Positions 54,676 through 64,000 of a stretch of DNA of 64,000 nucleotides are shown in pieces. The stretch comes from Vicugna vicugna. Taxonomy: Eukaryota. Location: positions 5,234,691-5,298,690 of the forward strand of contig MU058824.1 of assembly GCA_013265495.1 (NCBI GenBank), read 5' to 3'. A program made the translations under genes and the position numbers. The notes beneath the pieces were generated by a model. It searched no databases. It was not told the origin of the DNA and was given only the letters and a program-made list of their open reading frames with translations. Positions within the stretch are counted from its first letter, which is position 1. Each line of letters starts with the position of its first letter.

Positions 54676-56928
54676 ATGAATTCACTAATTCAGCAATATT
54701 TACTGAGTGACTACTATTTATCAGGCATTGTTCTTGGAGCTAGGGATACAGTGGTGAACAGAAAAGGAGTGCCTGCTCACACAAAGCTTATATTCTGGCC
54801 TGAGGGGGAGGACTCACGTTATCACGGTGGAGGGGTTTACATCCTAGTGGGAGTTAGGCTGGGATAGGCTAGAAGCATGACTAGGGTATATTTAGAATAT
54901 GAATGGAAAAACTTCCTGAATTTTTACATAAAAATAGTGTTTTTTTTACTGCAGTAGTTTAAGTATGTATTTATTGATAAGCCATTCATTTTCATAAAAG
55001 TATTTAAATATATACTAGTATATTCTATTTTAAGAACAGATATACTTATGAATTTATAAAATAGTTAAAGAAAATATTATTTTATTTATTATAATATAAA
55101 TAATAATACCACTATACTGAAATTTTTTTAAATAGAAAAAATATCCATAATTTCATTACAATATTACACCTTTTAAATTGCCTGCTTCAGTATGGGGAAA
55201 ATGGGCTCAGTTTTCTGACGTTTGAGCATGGCTTGGAGTTGGAGACAGCTCAGTCAGATGGCAGGCTTGGGAGAGAATATCACATAAAGAAAGGCATTCT
55301 GAACGCCTAACTTAGCCCAGGGCCTGCCTTAAAGGGATGGGATAAAGGGAGAGGAATATTGGCCATGCTGAAAAAGAGCCAGTAAAGATGAGTAAACTGA
55401 ATCAGGATTAAATCCCTGGGACATGCCAGGCTCCAGAAGACCAAAGAGAAGGTTCTGGAGGCAGAGAGGAGCCCCAGGTTCTCACTGTTGCCTTTTCAAC
55501 CTCAGGTGACTTTTGGGGAATCAGGTGATTTTTGCCCCTACTCTCACAACATACAGACATACACTTCTCTTTCTGTTAGGGTATTAGGGCTATGGACTGA
55601 AATGCAAGCCAGAGTCCCTGCCAATATAACCTTGAAACAAGTTAATTTTGAGTTCTACAGGCTGTGAGTTTGGCCTCTTGCCCTCTTTTCCAGCTGCCAC
55701 CAACGTCTTCTCAGTCTGGGTTCTTGCCTGGATACATCTAAATTGGGATACAGTTTCCCAATTTATTCCTCATTCTTCAGACACAGAAATGAGTTTATGA
55801 ACATTGTGTAGATTTTTAAGTTTAGAATTAGAGTTATAAAATTGAAAAAGGTGTCAAAAAGTTCATCTGGGAAATTTCTCTCCATGTCCCCAACCCTGTC
55901 TGAGAAGTTTGTTGGTTTCTTTGTCCTGCTTTAAAATGTTAGTTTTCTGATAGCAGGATTACATAAAATAAGACCAACAGTCACAGAATTACTAGAAATC
56001 TCCATGAATACCAGGAGCAAATGTCCCTGATCTTGATGGAAGTCTGTTGGGGACTCGTCTGCCTTCTTCTAGGTCCCTTCCTGAGACACTCCCTTGATTA
56101 TGCTCTGGATGTGAGCACTAGCCACAGAGCCCTTAAGCTTTCTTTATTCTGGGCACTAAGCCCTCTGGATTCCTATTTCCTCCTTTAATGTTGAGGTCTC
56201 CATGCTGTGCCCCTCGGGGAAAATCCTATAAGGGTAAAGTACAGAGATGTTAAATAATTTCAGGAGAAAACTCCTCTCTGATCTCAGGTTCCTTGTGTTT
56301 TACCAAAGGAAAAAGTCAGCCAGGTCACCCTCTGACATGAAGGGGCCGAGGCATGAGTCCGCAGCAGCACTTTAGTGCACCGAGAAACCTTCACAAATGG
56401 CTCATCCCAGGTGCTGAGAATTTAAACTTCAGGCTTGGATGAAGCCCCTAGACACATTAGGGAGACAACCAACAGTTTTTCTATTTCACATGAAATGTTA
56501 ATTTCACTTTCAAAAGAGAAGTTCTAAAATAGTATTATGATTTTAACAGTAGAAATGTAGGAGTATGGAATTTGTAATGTTATAGACAAATTAAGCATGA
56601 AATGCAAATACCACATTGGAGTGGGCTGGGTATCCAGATCTCAGCTGAAATTCTCTGAAGGGGTTACAATGGCTAGCTATTGCAGCTGGCTGAAGGGCCC
56701 CAGTGTGAGGAGATGGAGGAGGTGAAAATAGAGGATGCAGAGAGAGGAGGAGGCAGTCTTAGGTTTGTGACGTCTCCTTAGCTCTTCTTAGGAAGTTGTT
56801 CATAGATCTGAATATTTACAGTAATGAACTCTTCCATTGAAATATATATACTTGAGAGTTAATTTAGTAACTGTTGCTTGGGACGATAATATAGATTGCT
56901 GCCTATGATGATGTGACAGCTTGAAGAC

Positions 56929-57318
56929 TGTCTTAGTATGTTTGGGCTTCTATAACAATACTGTAGACTAGCTGGCTTATAAACAACAGAAATTATTTCT
57001 CATGGCTCTAGAGGCTGGGAATTCCAAGATCAAGGTTCCAGTCAGTAGATTCAGTGTCTGGTGAGGACCTGCTTCCAGGTTAATAGATGGCCATCTTTTT
57101 TTTTTTTTTTGTAACATCAGATAGTGGAAAATAGAGAGGGGAAGCAAGTTCTGTTGTGATCCTTATAAGGGCACAAATCCCATTCATGAGGACTCCACCC
57201 TCATGACCTCATCTAATCCTAATGACCTCCCAAAAGCCCTACTTCCTGACACCATCACATTGGCGTTAGGGCTTCAACATATGAATTTGTGGGGGAACAC
57301 AGACATTTAGTCCATACA
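56929..57318 (-). mobile_element. MLT1A-like MaLR solo LTR
   Basis: tgtcttagt...ttagtccataca, with imperfect 5-bp TSD aagac/aaggc. Confidence 0.85.
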
Positions 57319-59489
57319 AAGGCATTTGATAACCTGCAAATTTGATTGCTTCAAATCATCTGCTCAGAATCCACCAGTGGATCCCAGTACCAATAGCACA
57401 AATCACTCATTATTTATTGGCTTGCTTATATTATTTTTTCATTCTTTTCACAAATACTTATTGAGTAGCAGGATTTGTGCTGGGGCTGGAGATGTTGCAG
57501 TATAGAAGACAGACAAGGGAGACCACCCCTCTTGGAGCTTGTATCTAGTGGTAGACACAGATAATAAACAAATTTAAATGGAGGTGATATTTTGACAATA
57601 CACTAACATGGATTTGTTTCACAGACATCCTAACCCCAGTCATGTTTCCAAATCCAATTCTACTCCCTTGCACCCATTCCACCAATATGGTCCCCACCTA
57701 AAGAAGAAACATATGATAGAGGGGAAACTCCCTCCAGAGAAGCAGATAAAGTAAAAGGAAGCATTTTTGTTGAGAGTAGGGATGTGGAGGTGGGAGGATG
57801 TAACAGAAATATTCAGATAGAGAGGAGGGTGGCCTGAGACCCTTTGAGCCTGGTGGGCAGGCACAAGCCTTAGAGAAGCTCTATGTTTGACATGGAGGTG
57901 GGGAGGGGAGAGTAGGCAATGAGGGAACATCTGTGAAGTCTAGTGTCTGTGTAGAACTCCCCAAATAATGCTGCTGGTTCCCAGTGGTCTGTATTTAGGA
58001 TGCAGAGATTCAACGGTCCTGTGTGGCCCTAAAGTACTGTGAGGACAGCAAGACCAAGGGACTCTTGAGCCACTGAGATGATGGCAACAATGAAGGTTGG
58101 TGCCCCTGAAGTTTTGGTGGTAGTGTTTGTTCATCCCAAGTGGATTCCGGAATGACAGAAGCCACCAGTCAGGGGTGGATTAGAGATAAGTGGGGTGAAA
58201 CAGCTCAGTTGAAGGCCAGCAGAAAAAGAGCACAGAGATCAGCTGTATTCCCTGGTTTCCAGGGAAGAGTAGTAAACTCTCCCTTACCCTGGGACACCGC
58301 TTGAGAAGCAGGAGGGGGAAAGACAGAACACTCCTATCAGGGCTGCACTTTGAATTGACTTAATACTTACCAGAAAGTGACTGTCACACATGAAAAGATC
58401 AAGGGACAAACGAGAGACTGAAAAGAAGCCTGACTGATTGGAAAAGTTTAGTTCACAAGAGTCATTTTTGCCACAAAGCAGAAGTATAATATTTTAATCA
58501 ATTGATGAATTTTTTAAAACGCAAATTTCATGATGTCACGTCTCTACTTAAAATCCTTCAATAGTTTTCCATTCCATTTAGAATGAATCCTGAATCTTTA
58601 ATAAAGCCTAAAAACCTCTATGATACTGTGGCCCTGCCTACCTCTTCAACATCTTGTAGCACTACTTCATTCTAATCTCACCACTCACAATAATAATAAG
58701 CTAATATTTATTAAACAATCACAATACCCCATCAGGTAGGTGTAAATGAGGAAACCAAGATCCAGAGAGGTTATGTAACTTTTCCAAGGTCACAAAGCAA
58801 GTTGGGGCATAGCTGGGATTCAAACCCAGGCCATTTGACTTTGGAACCTGGGCGCTTCTCCAGCACACTGTAATGCCTGTTTCAGTTCCTCATAGTGCAG
58901 GCTCTTTCCCACTTCAACACCCTTGTGTACATTATTCCCTCAAATAAACTCATTCTTTCAGTCTCAGCCTAAATATCACTTCCTCTGCAAAGCTTTCCCT
59001 GACAGCCATATCCCCAAGGTTAGACTATATTCCAGTCCTATACATAATCAGAATACTCTAACCTAAGTAGCACTTTTTGTGATTTTATGTTTATTTGTGT
59101 GATAATACAGTGCTGGTGGAAGGTCAGGTCAAAATTTTTAAACTTGAATACATATACCAAAAAAAATAGCTTTAAAAAAAAGCTGATCAAATCTTGCTTT
59201 TGAATCCCTGCCCCCTTGTTTGTATTTCTGACTTGTTTTGAACAGCATTAGGAAAGTTGTTATACATACAGATAAGTGGTTATAAAATGTAATGATTTAT
59301 TTTTATGAACTGTCTTGCAATCTCAGGATTTTCTTTAGTTAGAGCCACTAAAGGAGAAATTTTTTTACAATTTTTGTGGAAATTCATAGTTTGTTCGTTT
59401 CCATTGTGTTAAAAATTAGTAGAGGGCCCATTAGAGAGTATGTGCTATTGTGTATTCATTTAAAAAAAATAGTTACTATGGATGAAAAT

Positions 59490-59767
59490 CTCACTTTATC
59501 TGTGTAATATTCCTCCCCAAACCCTATAATCCCAGTCTAATTATTAGGAAAACAACAGACAAATTCCAATAGAGGGACATCTTACAGTATACCAGACCAG
59601 TCATCCTCAAAACTGTCAAAGTCCTCAAAAACAGGGGAGGTCTTGTGACAGCCAAGAGGAGCCTAAGGAGACATGACAAGTAAATGTAACACGGTATCTT
59701 GGGTGGGATCCAGAAACAGAAAAGGAACATTAGGTAAAAGCAATGAAAATTGAATACAATGTGGATT

Positions 59768-59814
<47 letters not shown>

Positions 59815-59990
59815 TTAATATTGGTTCATTAATTATAACAAATATGCCACACTATTCTTATAATAATAATTAATGATAAGGGAAAATGACTAGGGGAGGG
59901 AAGGAAAGTAAATGGGAACTTTCAGCACTGTCTGCTCAATTTTTCAGTAAATCTAAAACTTCTAAAAAATAGTATATTGATTAAAAAATA
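59490..59990 (+). mobile_element. Old L1 (L1MC-like) 3' end containing (AAT)n at about 59770-59813
   Basis: gagcctaaggagacatgacaagtaaatgtaa...gggatccagaaacagaaaaggaacatta. Confidence 0.8.
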
Positions 59991-60412
59991 AACCACATTT
60001 AAAAAATGAAATTAAAACCAAACACTTTTGAAAGATTTGGAAGCCCTGAAACACTTTGCTGGAACCCAGGATTTTGCCTAGCACAACATGAAAACTATTG
60101 GTCTAATCAATAGAAATGATTCTTAAGGTAGTTCAGTTTCCAGCACAGGCAGTTCTTACTTTGCATGGTTGTGTGGCACCAAAAAAGGACTATGCAAGCT
60201 GAAACTGTGCAAAGCAATCTTAGTAATCAATGGGAAAAATTATGATTGTTTAGTGACCTTTAAATTTTTTTGTCAAAACATTAAAAAAATCTATTATTGT
60301 TACTAGTAATGAATAAGGAAGTGATAAAAGTAGTAAAACTAATATTTAGTACACTGTAATTAGAAATATTGAGACTAAGTTTTGTGTTTTTTTGTAAGAA
60401 AACTTACCAAGA

Positions 60413-60884
60413 TACTACTCCTAAGACTTTTCCCTTCCTCTGTCTCTAAATTCTTAACTAAAATCTTGAGGCATACAGATTGACCTTTCCTACTTATGAG
60501 ATTTTTTGAAGGGTGTATTTTATATCTTTTTCCCCAACACTGTAGACTTTTATAAGTGTGAATACTTCAATGACTTCATTAAATTAACCCCCCCACTATG
60601 ATTTTTGTTCATAAATACTCTAGTATTCAAAAGCTTCTGAGTTTTAAAGTCAAACTACTCAGTGATATTTTCAAGTTTTCTAAGTTATGGGAGTAATTTA
60701 TATAAGAAGAAAGGATGTCTCTTTTTACAATGTTATTGTCCATATACATGGAAAGTTTGTGTTTCTCTTTGAAAAACTATTCTTTTAAGAAGGTTGCTTG
60801 GTGTAACAGTGGAGATAATGCTCTCACACAGTCTCTGAACTGTCTTGCTAAGATATGATAAAACACTTTCTACCAAAAGAAAAA
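60413..60884 (+). pseudogene. Orphan poly(A)-tailed retroposed insert (mRNA 3'UTR-like)
   Basis: Interrupts the Tigger; GATAAA at 60857-60862, A-tail from 60875, imperfect TSD aaaacttaccaaga/aaaaattgtcaaga. Confidence 0.6.
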
Positions 60885-61574
60885 AAAAATTGTCAAGAAT
60901 GGTTTGAATAGCGCTTGCCTTCTTGTAACATAACTCAGGGTATGGAGGGAGCATCTCTTCTATGCCTTTGCAATTTATCATACTCCTTTCTAAGTCTGGA
61001 TCAACTTCCAACATTTTGTCCTTTTCGTTTTCAACATTATGAAATATCTGAGAGTTACTTTAATAAGGTACTTCCTCTGGGACATGATCATCCTTCCCTC
61101 ATTTTTGTTAAAAAGTTCACTGCTTTCCTCTTTCTGCATTTCTAGGGTCTTTCAAACCGTGGCAGTGTCACCCATGGTCAGCTGTCTCTTCTATAACTTC
61201 ATTTATGTTTGATTCAGATTTCATCTACGGCGTTATCACTTTTTGTTTCTCTGTTGTACTTTCACCGCTGTTGGCTAATTCCCTCTTTTGAGTATCTGTT
61301 TTCGTAAAGAGCTGCATGGTTTGTCACCTGGAGATACGGAGATGACACATCTGTATTCTCTTTGTTGTCTGTGTGTGGACTGAATAACTCATGTACAGTG
61401 ATTGATCACTGACAGACTTTGAAAGAAGTGATGCATTGGGCACTGACCATAATGCTCATCTGTTATTTATGTAGTGATTTGTGTACTACAAGGTTAGCAG
61501 TGAAGTTTGTACTTCATGCAGTTACTCACAGTTAATATACTATGGTAACTGAAATTTGTTTGTGAACTGGTATT

Positions 61575-61669
61575 TGTTCTTCCTTTTTAAATGAAGGTAC
61601 TGGGGATTGAACCCAAGACCTCATGGATGCTAAGCGTGCACTCTACCACTGAGCTATACCCTCCCTTCC
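61575..61669 (-). mobile_element. tRNA-derived SINE (Vic-1 type) with 12-bp TSD
   Basis: TSD tgaactggtatt at 61563-61574 and 61670-61681. Confidence 0.88.
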
Positions 61670-62734
61670 TGAACTGGTATTATTTAACTAAACTGTGGTA
61701 ACTGTAATTTATGCATATTGGAACTATGCCAAGTGAGGACTGCCTATATCCTATATGTCTATGAAATTAGTCCTGATCCTTTTACTAGTTATAATTTGAT
61801 AAGCTATTATAAAAATACTATGACTAATTGAGAGGATATATACTCATTTTGAAGGGATGCTGGAAAATGAGAGGGTTCACTTGGTGTCATACTTTTTTTT
61901 TTTGGTGTCATACTTGTATTCATTGCTAACACTTAAAAATTCAGAGCACAAGTACAGGACAGTGAAAATTATCATCAAATAAATTTATCTTAAGAGCTAG
62001 CGCTACATGATGCTGTGGTGGACATAGAAGATGAAAGGGCAGGAAATGGAAACTTTTAGATCATGAGAGCTTGAACTGTGTGTAAACCAAGATGTCTCCC
62101 TGCACTTACCATACCATCTTCTGGTTCTTGTAGAGGCTGAACCCTGTTCAAAAGAGGGACTGGGCTAAGTAACCTTTTGTAATTTGAGAGAATTCCTATT
62201 ACTCTTAACTAGGAAAAAACTAGGGAAAAAAAAAGAATCTATTATTTTAACATGTAGGTCTAATATATTTAAGTTTTTTTCCTAGTTTGTGAGGTCCAAG
62301 TTGGTACAGTAAACAACCATTTCCTTCTCTCTGAAGCGTGAACTCTTTTTTTCCCCCCTTTTCAGTTTTATTAGGTAGAATTATTGCAGTTCGACTGCAC
62401 ATACACATTGAAGCCTGAACTCTTAGCTAAGATTGTCACTGACAAGTTGTGCCCACACCCACTCACCTGTGTTATAAGTGCTTTCACTTGTGTACATACA
62501 AAATCATGCAACTTGCCAAGAAAACCCAGTCACAAGGCAGGATACCCCTTCTGGCTGCAAAACCAGGTCCATTTGTAAATACTCCACCCCAGAGAATATT
62601 TTAGATTAAGAAATGTTTGCCAGGCAGGGAGTTCACTCATAAAGGCTGCTCTGGTGCTGACTTAAGTGCAGAAAAGACAATTGTCAAATCTACTAATTGC
62701 TGGCTTCTTGGAGGGAGTGTACAAAAGTTTTGAG

Positions 62735-64000
62735 AGTTTTTTTTTAATGTATTTTGGATACAAGTCCTTTATCAAATATCTGATTTGGAAATATTTTCTC
62801 CCAGTTTGTGGCTTGTCTTTTCATTCTCTTAATATTTCTCAAAGAGCAGAAGCTTAGAATGTTGATGAAGTACAGTTTATCAGTGTGTTCTTTTATACAT
62901 CTTGCTTGAATGGTATATCTAAAAACTCTACCTAGCTCAAAGTCATAAAGATTTTCTTGTGTTTTCTTCTGAGTTGTAGTTTTATACTTTGCATTTAGAT
63001 CTCTGACCAATCTTGAGTTAATTTGGAGTGTGTGGGATGTAAGTCAAGATTCAGGAAGTCAAGATTCTTTTTTTGGAGGTGCATGCAAACGGATGCTGAA
63101 TTATTCTGGCTCCATTTATTGAAAAGATTATCATTTCTCCATTGATTTGACTTTTCACTTCAATCAAAAATCTCTTGGCCATTTATGTGTTGAGTCTATT
63201 TCTGGACTCTTTATTTCAGGAGTTAACTCTTTTATTTTCTTTAAAGGGCCAAATATTAAATAGTTTAGATTTTGTAGGTCACATGGTCTCTGTACCAACT
63301 ATTCAACTTAGCTTTTGTAGCATAAAAGTAGCCATAGACAATATGTAAACAAATGAGCATGACTCATGTTCCAAAAAACTTTACTTACAAAAATAGGCAG
63401 TGGGTCAGATTTGACCCACAGGCTTCAGTTGGCAACCCCTGCTCTATTGTGTTCCATTGAGTTTTGTGTCTCTCTCTTCTCCAGTACCACACTGTGTTGA
63501 TTATTGTTGTAAGCCTTGAAATTGGGTAACGTGAGTCCTCCACTTTACTCTTCTTTCCTTCAGTTGTTTTGGGTATTCTGCTTTCTTTGCCTTTCCATAT
63601 AAACCTGCAAGAAATCCTGCTGGAAATAAGAAGACCAGTTTGGAGAACATTGAAACATTAACTAAATTAATTTTTCCAGTCTTTGTACTTAATGTATCTC
63701 TTTGTTTATTCAGGTCTTCTATGATTTTGTTCATCAGCATTTTTTTTTCATCAGTGGTTTTTTCATTGGCATTTTGTAATTTCCAAATATTGGGGGATTT
63801 TCCAGAAAAATGCCTAGTCATTAAGTTATGGCCTGTAGTTTAATTCTGTTATGATCAGACAATATACTTTGTACAATTTCAATTTTTAAAAAAAATTGTT
63901 GGGGTTTGTTTTATGGCCCAGAATATGGTCTGTCTTAATGAATATTCCATGTTGCACTTGAAATGAATGTGTATTCTGCTCTTGTTGGGTGGAATGCACT
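62735..64000 (-). mobile_element. Old L1 fragments interrupted by MER58A (about 63217-63442)
   Basis: ORF2-like IKRMKRQATNWEKIFPNQIFDKGLVSKIH; MER58A ends gttggcaacccctg. Confidence 0.88.

Larger units (their letters stand above)
31312..56447 (-). pseudogene. Candidate decayed multi-exon ankyrin-repeat/TPR gene (unitary pseudogene)
   Basis: Series of same-strand AG/GT-bounded segments: 56304-56447, 55963-56225, 53586-53745, 52529-52723, 52328-52390, ~51780-51961, 45091-45209, ~44715-44840, ~41353-41754, ~40740-41103, 32310-32367, 31683-31770, 31312-31552. Translations contain stops and frameshifts but show ankyrin- and TPR-like motifs. Confidence 0.62.
60146..61746 (-). mobile_element. Tigger13-like DNA transposon carrying two later insertions
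   Basis: TIRs caggcagttcttactttgc and gccaagtgaggactgccta; minus-strand transposase C-terminal remnant LEVDPDLERSM...QTILDNFF. Confidence 0.8.

Noticed and set aside
56610..56840. Possible first coding exon of the fossil gene (MEEFITVNIQIYEQ...)
   Set aside because: No recognisable motif and weak boundaries; left out of the model pending alignment.
57620..58510. Possible old LTR
   Set aside because: LTR-like texture, but I could not establish family or termini.
35646..61669. Four tRNA-like sequences with A and B boxes
   Set aside because: They have A-rich tails and in several cases TSDs and lack a clean cloverleaf end; they are SINEs, not tRNA genes.

Overview
Mammalian genomic DNA, most likely camelid (four Vic-1-type tRNA-derived SINEs). 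The minus strand carries a complete PHF24 (KIAA1045/GINIP) gene. It has a CpG-island promoter at about 30.4-31.3 kb, a non-coding exon 1, seven coding exons that join into 1203 nt (400 aa plus stop) and a 3'UTR of about 4.4 kb. The promoter and first exon of DNAJB5 lie at the left edge. The right half looks like a repeat-rich desert (L1, L2, MIR, MaLR, Tigger, a two-LTR ERVL provirus). However, reading the minus strand shows about 12-14 AG/GT-bounded segments between about 56.4 and 31.3 kb. Their interrupted translations give ankyrin repeats, a TPR and more ankyrin repeats, consistent with a decayed multi-exon gene (unitary pseudogene candidate) ending in the PHF24 promoter. This is the most interesting signal; it rests on manual translation and needs homology searches. 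Smaller observations: a perfect heat-shock element upstream of DNAJB5, an RE1-like site, a chimeric U6 retrocopy, a 137-bp exact local duplication, an orphan mRNA-like retrocopy inside a Tigger, and a strong-Kozak uORF in PHF24 exon 1. Repeat family names are from memory of consensus sequences and their boundaries are approximate.
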